Below are positions 9,173-18,371 of a DNA stretch of 64,000 nucleotides, one piece after another. The notes under the pieces are model-generated. The model was not told the origin of the DNA. It ran no database searches and saw nothing but the letters and a program-made list of their open reading frames with translations. Where the stretch lies: positions 2,240,001 to 2,304,000 of the forward strand of contig OZ251997.1 of NCBI GenBank assembly GCA_965247095.1, read 5' to 3'. This DNA comes from Candidatus Multivorans sp. Lineage in GTDB: Bacteria; Acidobacteriota; Thermoanaerobaculia; Multivoradales; Multivoraceae. Position numbers and translations under genes: made by a program. Positions within the stretch are counted from its first letter, which is position 1; each line of letters begins with the position of its first letter.

Positions 9173-9756
9173 GCAAGCAGACGACGAGACGGAAGGTCCT
9201 GGCAGCCGGCGCGGGCGTGTTCGGATACGCCACCCTGCAAGCCGAGCCGATTCGCGCCGCGATCCCGGCGCTGGCCGCGTACCAGGCCGAGGGCGCCGGC
9301 TGGACACCGCGGATGCTGACTCCGGCCCAGGGAGAACTCCTGGCGACACTGTGCGAGCACATCCTGCCGCGCACGGATACGCCGGGCGCCCGGGACGCCG
9401 GCGTTCACGAGTACATCGACCTGGAACTCTCGCTCGCCAGCGGCGAGGATCAGCTCAAGGCAACCGGCGGCCTCGACTGGATCGACCGCCGGGCCGCCGA
9501 TCTGCACGGTTCGTCCTTTGTCGATCTGGACGCGGCGCGCCAGGTCGACATACTGCGCGAGATCAGCGACGAGCACATGGCGCACGCACCGGAACTCGTC
9601 GCCGGCGCCGCCTTCTTCAGCGACCTGAAGCGGCGCACCCTGTTCGCGTTCTACACCTCCAAGGTAGGCCGCACCGAGGCGCTCGGACTGCCGGATCGCG
9701 TGCGCGTCGAGCGCTTCCGCGGCTGCCAGCACGAGCCCGGCGCCGGGCACGGCTAG
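9169..9756 (+). CDS. Gluconate 2-dehydrogenase subunit 3 family protein (Tat escort subunit)
   Basis: TTRRKVL Tat motif; ILPRTDTPGARDAGVHEYID; FYTSKVG; ATGA coupling. Confidence 0.88.
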   Translation: MSKQTTRRKVLAAGAGVFGYATLQAEPIRAAIPALAAYQAEGAGWTPRMLTPAQGELLATLCEHILPRTDTPGARDAGVHEYIDLELSLASGEDQLKATGGLDWIDRRAADLHGSSFVDLDAARQVDILREISDEHMAHAPELVAGAAFFSDLKRRTLFAFYTSKVGRTEALGLPDRVRVERFRGCQHEPGAGHG

Positions 9757-9799
9757 CGCCGCCAAACCCGCCACGAAAATTCCAGCAAGGAGACCTGCG

Positions 9800-10666
9800 A
9801 TGTGTGACGAAAGAACGGATGCCGACAACACCACGTACCTGAGCGCGAAGCGGCTGACGCGCCGGGAGTTCGGGGCCGTCTCGGCAGGCGCCGGCCTGAC
9901 GATGCTGCTGCCCCGGCCGGCGAACGCCCAGGATGTCTCCGAATCCGAGATCGAGGTTGAGACCCCCGACGGCGTGTGCGACAGCTACTTCGTGCACCCC
10001 GCAAGCGGGGCCCATCCTGGCGTCCTCATCTGGCCGGACGCCTTCGGCCTGCGGCCGGCGATGCAGCAGATGGCCAGGCGGCTCGCGGAATCGGGCCACT
10101 CGGTCCTGGTGGTCAACCAGTACTACCGGACGCAGAAGGCGCCCATCGTGGAATCGACGGACTTCGGCGCCGCGCGCGACACGCTGATGCCGCTGATGAG
10201 GTCGCTCAACGCGGACACCAACGTGCGGGATGCGAAGGCGTTCGTGAGCTTCCTGGACAGCCAGTCGTCGGTCGACAACGACCGGAAGATGGGGACGATG
10301 GGCTACTGCATGGGCGGTCCCATGACGATGCGGACGGCCGCCGCGGTGCCCGACCGGATCGGCGCCGGCGCGTCGTTCCACGGCGGCGGCCTCGTGACCG
10401 ACCAGCCCGACAGTCCGCACCTCCTGGTGCCGCAGATGAAGGCGCACTACCTGTTCGCGATCGCCGAGAACGACGACCAGAGACAGCCCGAGGCCAAGGA
10501 CGCACTGCGCGAGGCCTTCGAGGCGGCCGGCCTGCCGGCAGAGATCGAGGTGTACGAGGGCGCAATGCACGGCTGGTGCCCGCCCGACACGCAGGTCTAC
10601 AACGAGGCCCAGGCGGAGCGGGCATGGCGCCGCCTCCTCGCCCTGTTCGAGAGCGCCCTGGCGTAA
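9800..10666 (+). CDS. Dienelactone hydrolase family protein (Tat)
   Basis: LTRREF; PDAFGLR; GYCMGG; HGW. Confidence 0.92.
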   Translation: MCDERTDADNTTYLSAKRLTRREFGAVSAGAGLTMLLPRPANAQDVSESEIEVETPDGVCDSYFVHPASGAHPGVLIWPDAFGLRPAMQQMARRLAESGHSVLVVNQYYRTQKAPIVESTDFGAARDTLMPLMRSLNADTNVRDAKAFVSFLDSQSSVDNDRKMGTMGYCMGGPMTMRTAAAVPDRIGAGASFHGGGLVTDQPDSPHLLVPQMKAHYLFAIAENDDQRQPEAKDALREAFEAAGLPAEIEVYEGAMHGWCPPDTQVYNEAQAERAWRRLLALFESALA

Positions 10667-10735
10667 CACGAGCCGGCGGTTTGCGGTCAGCCCGCGACGA
10701 CGGCTGAACCGTCGGCCGCCCCAACCGCCAACACG

Positions 10736-11365
10736 ATGATCACGATCTACCACGTCCCGAGGACCCGTTCGGCCCGTGTCATCTGGCTGTGCGAAGAGCT
10801 CGGCCTGCCCTACGAAGTCGTGCCGGTCGACTTCCAGTCGGACTACCGAAAGACCCCCGAGTGGCGGCGGCTCAACCCGATCGGCAAGGTGCCGGCGATG
10901 ACCGACCTCGACCAGGACGGCGACCTCTTCTCGATGTTCGAGTCGGGCGCGATGGTCCACTACATCCTGGAGCGCTACGGCGGCGGCCGCCTGCAGCCCG
11001 CCGCCGGCACGCCCAAGAGCGCCATCTTCCTGCAGTGGTCGTGGTTCGCCGAGGCGAGCCTGGCGCGCCCGCTCGGCGACATGGTCCACCACCGCATCCT
11101 CAAGCCGGAGGCGGAGCGCATCGCCGCCGTCGTCGAGGACGGGCGGGCGCGGACCGAAATCTGCCTCGACGCCGTCGAGGCGGCGCTCGAGGATCGCGAC
11201 TACCTGCTGGGCAGCGAGTTGACGGCCGCCGACATCATGATGGGCTACTCGCTGGCTCTGGCGCAGCGCATGGGGGTGCTGGACGATCGGTACCCGAAGC
11301 TCCTCGCCTACCTGGGCCGGCTCGAAGCCCGGCCGGGGTTCCAGATCGCCTTCGCTGCCCCTTAG
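10736..11365 (+). CDS. Glutathione S-transferase
   Basis: RSARVIWLCEELGLPY, NPIGKVP, ESGA, TAADI. Confidence 0.92.
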   Translation: MITIYHVPRTRSARVIWLCEELGLPYEVVPVDFQSDYRKTPEWRRLNPIGKVPAMTDLDQDGDLFSMFESGAMVHYILERYGGGRLQPAAGTPKSAIFLQWSWFAEASLARPLGDMVHHRILKPEAERIAAVVEDGRARTEICLDAVEAALEDRDYLLGSELTAADIMMGYSLALAQRMGVLDDRYPKLLAYLGRLEARPGFQIAFAAP

Positions 11366-11393
11366 TCCGATGACCCGGCGCGGCCGGAGCGCG

Positions 11394-11888
11394 TCACTCG
11401 GACGTGAGCCAGGGACGACGCCCCGGCTCCATCACCATGTCCCCTCCGCCGCCCTTCCGCTCGGCCAATGGGTGCCGCCAGCGCAACCCCTCAAAGCGCG
11501 CAAAGTCGCGATCCGCCGTCGCCAGTTCGCACCCGGCCTCCATGACGATCGCCGCGAGGTAGGCATCGGCCACGAGCTTGGCGCCAACCACATGGCGTCT
11601 GCACAAATCTTCGAAGATCTGCCAGTGCCCCGGACCCGGTCGAACACGAACACACTGCGGAGGCGCCAACAGTGTGGCAGTGCTGGTGAGCGCGTCGCGG
11701 ATTCCGGTCGGCTTCGCAAAGATCCGACCATTGGTCACGATTCTCACGAACGAACTCAGCACCATCTCCGACATGCCGAAGGCGGGACCCGAGTTCACCA
11801 ACCGGTCAAGCCACTCCCGGTACGGTTCATGCTCGTCCATGTCCGCGCGGTGTGCGTAGACGAGCACGTTGACGTCAGGAACGATCAA
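11394..11888 (-). CDS. vapC: VapC PIN-domain toxin
   Basis: MIVPDVNVLVYAHR...DAYLAA...TADRDFARF. Confidence 0.92.
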   Translation of the reverse strand: MIVPDVNVLVYAHRADMDEHEPYREWLDRLVNSGPAFGMSEMVLSSFVRIVTNGRIFAKPTGIRDALTSTATLLAPPQCVRVRPGPGHWQIFEDLCRRHVVGAKLVADAYLAAIVMEAGCELATADRDFARFEGLRWRHPLAERKGGGGDMVMEPGRRPWLTSE

Positions 11889-12141
11889 TCGATTCCAGGA
11901 AGCGCTCGCAGTCCATGAGGTCGAGCACGTCGGTCAGCCGATCGCTCCTGATTCCGGGACGCAGTCCGCCTTCTCCGCCGGTGATCAGCTCGACACGCTT
12001 CGCCGGCGCCCGCCGCTCACCTCGTGCGAGCACCTCTCGAAGCCCCTCGTCGATGAGAGACGTGAGCGTCCGCCCCGTGCGGGCCGCATGCCGCTTCGCT
12101 TCCGCCAGCAGTTCGTCGTCGAGCCGTACAGTGGTGCGCAT
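11875..12141 (-). CDS. vapB: VapB ribbon-helix-helix antitoxin
   Basis: MRTTVRLDDELLAEAKRHAARTGRTLTSLIDEGLR; overlaps vapC. Confidence 0.9.
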   Translation of the reverse strand: MRTTVRLDDELLAEAKRHAARTGRTLTSLIDEGLREVLARGERRAPAKRVELITGGEGGLRPGIRSDRLTDVLDLMDCERFLESIDRS

Positions 12142-12177
12142 GCAACTAGCCTACACTCCAGTATGTCGGTATGTCTA
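12142..12177 (-). promoter_or_regulatory. Putative leaderless sigma70 promoter with GACATAC direct repeats
   Basis: TAGACA-N18-TAGGCT-N6-ATG on minus strand. Confidence 0.5.
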
Positions 12178-12232
12178 GAAGTGCCCGACCTTCGTCGCGC
12201 CCCCCGGGCGATGCCGGCGCTATGGCCCGCAC

Positions 12233-13321
12233 TCACCGGTCAGCGAAGAGTTCCCGTTGCCCCGCAGGCTCCGTCATCGCCCGGACCCTAGCCGCCGACA
12301 GCGGCTCTGGCGACACGACGTAAAGGTACTCCTTGTTCCGCAAATGGCTCACCCGGCCGACCTTCTTGCCGCTCGGGTTGAAGACGCCGATCTGGGCACC
12401 GACGTAGCGCTTGTAGTCGTTCTCGATGACCACGACCTCGCCTCTTCGCTGCAAGAGAGCCTCCATCTCTTCACGTCCGATGAACCCCTCATCGCTGAAT
12501 GAAACAACCAGGTACGGAGCTCTAACCCGCTCGACTACCCTGGTCCAGGCGTCGCGAAAGTGCCTCTTGCTATTGAAAGCGCTCTTCCGTTCCCGGCAGT
12601 CAATCCGCTTGCAGGCAATGCCGTAGTACTCCGGCTTGTCCCAGAGGGTCAGAGTCTCCCAGATGTGGTAGTTTCCCAGGAAGCTGTGCTGATTGTAGGG
12701 AGGATCCAAGTAGGCGACATCTGCCTCTAGTCCATCCACCGCCTCGACAGTGTCCATCCGGTGCGCCTTGCCCTTCCCTGCCTCGGCGCGCGGCGCAATC
12801 TCCGGTAGCCGAAGCTCCAAGTCGTTGAAGGCCCTTGGAGCCCATTGCTTGAGGTAGGCCATCTGAACGCCCGTGGTACTGTCGACCCGATCCGCCGCCT
12901 CCATCAACGAAACCAACACGATTGCTTCGAGTTCCGGATCCAGCCCCTTGTGCCCAATTTCTTCCCGGATCGCATCAACGCGCGCACCGTTCCTAGGCTG
13001 AAAGTACCGACTCTTCTCACAAAACACTTCCGTGAAGTACCCTGCCGCCGGCCGAAGCCGGTTGAACTCGTCGATCAACAACCTGGCGTGCCGGAGCTGC
13101 TCGGGAGTGCCGTCTGCCTCGACGTAGCACCGAGCGATCGCCTCACCACAGGCTAGGTAGTCGTTCGCGAGCACTCGGTACTGCCTTCTCTTCAAGGCGG
13201 TTCCTACCCTTGACGTACCGGAGAATAGGTCCAGCACGGTACAGGCCTTCCGGAGCTGCTGAAGGACAGTGACAATTGCGGGAACGAGCTTCCTCTTGGA
13301 GCCAATGTACTTGATCGGCAT
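12233..13321 (-). CDS. Orphan N6-adenine DNA methyltransferase (D12 class)
   Basis: KYIGSKRKL, DLFSGT (motif I), YLDPPY (motif IV); no adjacent endonuclease. Confidence 0.9.
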   Translation of the reverse strand: MPIKYIGSKRKLVPAIVTVLQQLRKACTVLDLFSGTSRVGTALKRRQYRVLANDYLACGEAIARCYVEADGTPEQLRHARLLIDEFNRLRPAAGYFTEVFCEKSRYFQPRNGARVDAIREEIGHKGLDPELEAIVLVSLMEAADRVDSTTGVQMAYLKQWAPRAFNDLELRLPEIAPRAEAGKGKAHRMDTVEAVDGLEADVAYLDPPYNQHSFLGNYHIWETLTLWDKPEYYGIACKRIDCRERKSAFNSKRHFRDAWTRVVERVRAPYLVVSFSDEGFIGREEMEALLQRRGEVVVIENDYKRYVGAQIGVFNPSGKKVGRVSHLRNKEYLYVVSPEPLSAARVRAMTEPAGQRELFADR

Positions 13322-13356
13322 GCGATGGCGCGCGTTGCCAGCGCCGTCCCGCCGCG

Positions 13357-14655
13357 CTACCGGTCCGAGACGTCGTAGGCCAGCAGCTCTCCCCAGTTGT
13401 GGATGTAGAGCACGCCGTTGCTGACCACCGGGTGAGCCCAACTCGGCTCGCCGTGATCCTCCAACTCAAAGCGGCCCCGCTCCCGATAGCCGACGGGGGT
13501 CGCCTCGGCCAGACCGGCGAGGTGTCTCTCGCCGACCAGGAACAGCTTGCCGTCAGCGAGGGTCAACGAGCCCTTGCCGACGCTGCGGTCCCGCCACACG
13601 ATCCTTCCGGTCTTGAAGTCGACGCAGGCCAGGGCGCGGCCGAAGAAGCCGTACAGGTGGCCCTCGTACAGGACCACGCCACCGTGGTGATTCTGGAGAC
13701 TCGACTCGAACCACACCTGTCCGGTGCTGACGTTGTCGCCGGCCACTCGCACCCGGAGCGCGCCGCCGCCGGTGCCGTAGGCGGAGGTGTAGAAGACGAG
13801 ACCGTCCGAGTAGATCGGCGTCGCCGCGTTCGCGGTCCGGTTCGACGGCTCGCGGTAGTGCCACAGCAGCTCACCGTCCGCGGCGCGCACGCCGACCCCC
13901 GCACGGGCCGTGAAGCCCACGATCACGCGCAGCGACTCGGCGCCATCTTCGAGGTCGACGGCGACCAGAGAGGAGTAGCCGGCACGGTCGGTCAAACCGG
14001 AACTGGTCCAGACCGTCTCCCCCGTTTCCCGGTCGAGCGCCGCGATGGCACCCTGGTCGCCGCCGGGCATCACCACCACCCAGTCGCCCTCGATCAACGG
14101 CGACTCGCTGATGCCCCAACCGATGTTGCGCTGGTCGAAGTCGTCCAGGATGTTGCGCTGCCAGCGCACAGACCCGTCGGCGAGCGCGATTCGCGCCAGT
14201 TCACCCATCCCGGTCAGCGCGTAGAGCGAGTCGCCGGTCACCGTCGGCGTACCGCGCGGGCCGTTGCCCCGGCTGTCGCGGAGACGCGGGCCGAGTTCGC
14301 GCTCCCAGCGGACGCCGCCGCCGGCCGCATCGAGTGCGAACACCACGCTTCGCCCGCTTCGACTGCCCTGGGCGTAGATCGTCCCGTCGGAGACGGCCAC
14401 CGAGCCGTAGCCTTCGCCCAGACCATCCACTCGCCAGAGCAGAGGCGGACCGCTCGCGGGCCAGCGGTCCGCGAGACCAGTCTCCGTCGACACGCCGTCC
14501 CGATGCGGCCCACGCCACTGCGGCCAATCATCGGCAACGGCGGGCTCGGGGACGGCCGAGACGAACAGCAGGAAGGCGACCGCTCCGATGACCACTCCTG
14601 AAGGCGGCCGCCCGAAACTGAAACTGAAGGAGGACTCGAGCATCGGTGCCCGCAC
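13357..14655 (-). CDS. Exported PQQ-like beta-propeller (BamB-like) protein
   Basis: Signal peptide, DWPQWRGPHRDG, repeated W-x propeller motifs, WAHPVV. Confidence 0.88.
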   Translation of the reverse strand: MRAPMLESSFSFSFGRPPSGVVIGAVAFLLFVSAVPEPAVADDWPQWRGPHRDGVSTETGLADRWPASGPPLLWRVDGLGEGYGSVAVSDGTIYAQGSRSGRSVVFALDAAGGGVRWERELGPRLRDSRGNGPRGTPTVTGDSLYALTGMGELARIALADGSVRWQRNILDDFDQRNIGWGISESPLIEGDWVVVMPGGDQGAIAALDRETGETVWTSSGLTDRAGYSSLVAVDLEDGAESLRVIVGFTARAGVGVRAADGELLWHYREPSNRTANAATPIYSDGLVFYTSAYGTGGGALRVRVAGDNVSTGQVWFESSLQNHHGGVVLYEGHLYGFFGRALACVDFKTGRIVWRDRSVGKGSLTLADGKLFLVGERHLAGLAEATPVGYRERGRFELEDHGEPSWAHPVVSNGVLYIHNWGELLAYDVSDR

Positions 14656-14656
14656 T

Positions 14657-15928
14657 CTACGCCCCAGCCTTCTTCCGGGGCGGCTGCAGGAAGAAAGCCA
14701 CGACCGATCCGGCCAACGTCACCGCCGCGATCGCCAGAAAGGGGATCGCGTAGCTGCCCTGGGTGTCGAACACCCAACCAGTGATCGCGGGCACGGTGGC
14801 GCCGAACGGGGCGCCGACGGCAAAGCGGGTGCCGGTCGTGGTAGCGAAGGCCCGGCGTCCATAGAAGCCGGCGAACGTGGCCGCCTGCGAAATGTAGGCC
14901 ATGCCGAAGCCGAGACCGAGCAAGATGAGGGCGACGCGGGCGTCGTTGGTGGTACGAGCGAACAGGAACAACGCCACCCCCGTGCCCTCCATAGCGAGGG
15001 CGGCGCTGAGCAAGCGAGGCGGCGAGATCCTGTCACCCAGGGCACCCGACAGCCGTCCGAACGTGCTGAACAGGATCATGAGCCCAATCAGAGCCGCTGC
15101 GGGATCGATGCCAAACCCCACGTCCCGGAGGTGCAAGCGACCGTGGACCACGACTACCCCCCATGGGACCCCGTATCCCAGACCGCAAAGGACCATGAGC
15201 GCGAACTGGGGCGTCCGTACCGCCTCCTTCGCGACCCATTGATCGGGGGTCTTGGCACCGCTGCGGGCCTTTGCAGCTTGAAGCTCTCCCAGTGAACGGG
15301 CGCCGTCGCGCAACTGGCCCATCGACTCCGGACTGTTCCGCAGGAAGAGGAAGGACAGGACCCCCAGCACGGCGCACAGCCCGGCGATGATCTCCCAGCC
15401 GTCGCGCCAGGTCCCGCCACGGTTCAGCAGAGCCGCGTCGAACTTCACAATCAACGGTCCCAAAAGGCCCGCGGCTACCAGCAAGAACGCCAGCGCGCTC
15501 GCGCGCCAGCGCAGGAACCAGTTCGTCGCCAGCGTCTGCGTTGGCAGCACGGTCGAGAAGGCATGGGTGAGACCGGCGAACAGACCGAAGTAGAGCAGCA
15601 CATCCCAGCGGTCCTGGGCCCGGCTGGTCAGGTAGTAAGCGGCGGAGGTGACCAGAAAGCCGGCCGTGAACACCAGGCGGGGGCCGAAACGGGTCAGGCA
15701 AACGCCGATCAGCGGCGCCATGACGCCACCGCAGAAGGACCAGATGCCGAACGCCCAGCCGCCGTCGGCCCGGGTCAGATCGAGTTCCTCGAGCATCTCG
15801 GGGAGGAAGAAGCCCCAACTGTAGAACGGCGCCGCGCCCAGGCCGTAAATGAGCCAGGCGGGGGGCAGCATCCGCCAGCCGTAGAAGCTCCAGTTGATCC
15901 GAGAGAATCCTCTGGCCTCTTCGCCCAC
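14657..15928 (-). CDS. MFS transporter (start uncertain, ORF open to 16024)
   Basis: About 12 TM segments; FYGW start, GALGDRI motif A-like. Confidence 0.85.
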   Translation of the reverse strand: MGEEARGFSRINWSFYGWRMLPPAWLIYGLGAAPFYSWGFFLPEMLEELDLTRADGGWAFGIWSFCGGVMAPLIGVCLTRFGPRLVFTAGFLVTSAAYYLTSRAQDRWDVLLYFGLFAGLTHAFSTVLPTQTLATNWFLRWRASALAFLLVAAGLLGPLIVKFDAALLNRGGTWRDGWEIIAGLCAVLGVLSFLFLRNSPESMGQLRDGARSLGELQAAKARSGAKTPDQWVAKEAVRTPQFALMVLCGLGYGVPWGVVVVHGRLHLRDVGFGIDPAAALIGLMILFSTFGRLSGALGDRISPPRLLSAALAMEGTGVALFLFARTTNDARVALILLGLGFGMAYISQAATFAGFYGRRAFATTTGTRFAVGAPFGATVPAITGWVFDTQGSYAIPFLAIAAVTLAGSVVAFFLQPPRKKAGA

Positions 15929-16057
15929 GCTGCCGCCTCTGTGCGCCCTAGGAAACCGCGCCAGTGGACTGCGTAGCCTCGGCGCTTCGCGGCATCGGGG
16001 TTGATGCGGGCCAGCGCCGCACACCCATAGACACGTCGTCGGCGCCGCTGGGCCGCA

Positions 16058-17107
16058 CTACGACACGGCCTCGCGCTCAAGCAACGACTCGCAACCGGTG
16101 CCGGCTAGCAGGCCATCCACCACCGCCCTGTCCCCGGCCGAAAGCTCCGCGTACTGCCCACGCAGCCACATCAGGCACTTACCCTGGTACGGGAAGGGCT
16201 TCTGGACCCAGGGCCGGCCGTCGATCTCGCACTCCACCCTCTCGGCACCAGCCATCAGCGCCTCTGCGTTCGCAAGCAGGAACGGTGCGTAGACCCGCCC
16301 GACCTCGCCGAGGAGCGCACGCTGAGTCGCGGGCGGTTCACGGTCGATCCAGTCATCGGCGGTCGGCTCGAGGCCGGACAGGTCCTCGACCCGATCCACC
16401 CAGGCATAGACCCGCGGCGCGACCTCGAGCGTGACCGCCATCGGCGTCGGATCGAAGGCCGCGAGCTGGGTCAACTGGCCGAAGAAGGCGAAGTCGGACG
16501 CCCCGGGCCGGCCTCCCATCAGGAACGGCCGCTCGGTCAGGTGATCCCGGAACAGCTCCAGGATCCGCCGGTAGCTCGCCTCGATCACCTGCTTCGTCGT
16601 CTCGTTCGACCCGACCACCCAGAGCCGGGAGATCTGACGCTCGGAGACCGCCTTCGCGGCCTGCTGGAAGTCCTCTTCAGGACCTTCCACCCGCCGCCAC
16701 CGCGGCAGGATCCGACCCGCCTTCTCGATATCGGCCTCGTAGGCCCAGCGGTAGTGGAACATCGCCTTGGTCAGCCACTCGTCGGCGAAGTCCTCAAGCA
16801 GGTAGTCGATGAAGGCGGTGACCGGGTCCGGCGGAATCACCGAGCGACCCCCGAACTCCCGCTCGAAGCGCCGGATCAGCGGCGTCGAGTCGACCACCGC
16901 CTCGAGTTCGCCGGCCTCGTTCGGCAGGTAGAACGTCGGCAGCAGCCGCACCTTGGCGGCCGGCAGGTCGTCGCGGCCGCCGGCGCCCGAGATCAGGAAG
17001 CGGTACGGGATGCGCCGGTACCGCAGCACCGCGCGCATCTTGCGCGTGTAGGGCGACCCGGGGGCACCCATGAAGGTGAGGAGCTGCGGTGCTGTCTGGT
17101 GGAGCAT
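16058..17107 (-). CDS. GST N-terminal domain-containing protein
   Basis: GAPGSPYTRKMRAVLRY, DSTPLI, DFADEW...MFHYRW. Confidence 0.85.
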   Translation of the reverse strand: MLHQTAPQLLTFMGAPGSPYTRKMRAVLRYRRIPYRFLISGAGGRDDLPAAKVRLLPTFYLPNEAGELEAVVDSTPLIRRFEREFGGRSVIPPDPVTAFIDYLLEDFADEWLTKAMFHYRWAYEADIEKAGRILPRWRRVEGPEEDFQQAAKAVSERQISRLWVVGSNETTKQVIEASYRRILELFRDHLTERPFLMGGRPGASDFAFFGQLTQLAAFDPTPMAVTLEVAPRVYAWVDRVEDLSGLEPTADDWIDREPPATQRALLGEVGRVYAPFLLANAEALMAGAERVECEIDGRPWVQKPFPYQGKCLMWLRGQYAELSAGDRAVVDGLLAGTGCESLLEREAVS

Positions 17108-17158
17108 CGGACGCGGCGACGGATCATACCCGGCCACGTCGAGCGGCCCCTCGAGGCG

Positions 17159-17680
17159 CTACGACTCGAAGTTCCAGAGCGAGTAGGCCACCAGCCAACT
17201 GCCGTCCGGCTCGCGCCGCATGAACCGCATCCAGTTTCCCTCGGACTCCGTTGGCGGTGTTCCGTCCTTCGGACTTACGGTCAGCAAGAAGGTACCGCGA
17301 ACATACGCCAGTTCGCCGCTGAACTCCGTCTCCTCGATCTGAAGCTGGACATTGAGCTCCGCGGTCTCGAACGTCTGGGCCAGGTTCCGCCGGATCGACT
17401 CCCGGCCCCTGATGGGCAGAGCATCCGGCGCCATGCGCACGGCGTCCGTAGCGTACAGGGCCGCCATCCCGTCGGCGTCGCTGCTGTTCACGGCGACCAT
17501 GTAGCCGGCGATCAAGGCGTTGAGGGCGTTCTCGTCGCCGATGCTCGGTTCGACCGCGTCCGGATCTTCGGAGACCCCTTCCTCGATGGGGGCACAGGCG
17601 GCAGCCAGGACGGCCAACAGCACCAGCACAATGACGCCGGCGAAGAGGCGCTCAAGCTTCTGAGTCGTGCTCCTCATCAT
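17159..17680 (-). CDS. NTF2-like (DUF4440/YybH) lipoprotein
   Basis: LAAAC lipobox; ALYATDAVRM...GRESIR...SGELAY...DGSWLV. Confidence 0.85.
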   Translation of the reverse strand: MMRSTTQKLERLFAGVIVLVLLAVLAAACAPIEEGVSEDPDAVEPSIGDENALNALIAGYMVAVNSSDADGMAALYATDAVRMAPDALPIRGRESIRRNLAQTFETAELNVQLQIEETEFSGELAYVRGTFLLTVSPKDGTPPTESEGNWMRFMRREPDGSWLVAYSLWNFES

Positions 17681-18207
17681 GAACCCTCCTCGGGCACTTC
17701 AAGCGTCTGACCGAGCGGATGGTCCCGGTTCGAGATCTCGCGCGCAATCAACCAGGACCCGTCCTCCTGACGACGCATCAGGTCCATCCACTTGCCTACT
17801 TCCTGGTGAACCACGACGGACGAATCCTCCTTCGACGTAAGGCTCAGGGCGTAGGTGCCGAGAACGAACGCCAGGTCACCGCTGTACTCGGTCTCGTCGA
17901 CGCGAAGTTGCATGTCCCAGTTCAAGTTCGCAAAGTCGGCGGCGGCGAACAGGCGAATCGCGTCGCGGCCGACCTTCGGCGTGCTGTTCGACTGCATCCG
18001 GACGGCGTCCTCGGTGTACAGCACGGCCAAACCGTCCGCATCGCCACGGTTCAAAGCCTGCAGGTACTTGGCGGCGAGTTCGCTCAGGGCCGCCTCATTT
18101 TCGGCCACTAGATCCACCTCAGGGGCGGGCGCCTCTTCTGCCGGGGGCGCCGCACAGCCCGCGGCAAGGATCAGGACCGAGCAAATCACGATGGTGGCAG
18201 GGTTCAT
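17677..18207 (-). CDS. NTF2-like (DUF4440/YybH) lipoprotein, tandem paralogue
   Basis: LAAGC lipobox; LYTEDAVRM...GRDAIR...SGDLAF...DGSWLI. Confidence 0.85.
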   Translation of the reverse strand: MNPATIVICSVLILAAGCAAPPAEEAPAPEVDLVAENEAALSELAAKYLQALNRGDADGLAVLYTEDAVRMQSNSTPKVGRDAIRLFAAADFANLNWDMQLRVDETEYSGDLAFVLGTYALSLTSKEDSSVVVHQEVGKWMDLMRRQEDGSWLIAREISNRDHPLGQTLEVPEEGS

Positions 18208-18371
18208 CCGGAGGATTTCTCTACAACCCATTCTGGACCTCCTTTCCGCGGCGAATGCCGCTAAGTGTTGCTCGTTATCTGTACCCTCCTAGGGTAGCAC
18301 CTGGATGTCAGCCGTGCGCTCGATGACTCGCCCACGGGCTGGGTCGCGGGTGGCGCGGTCGCGCCACCCGG

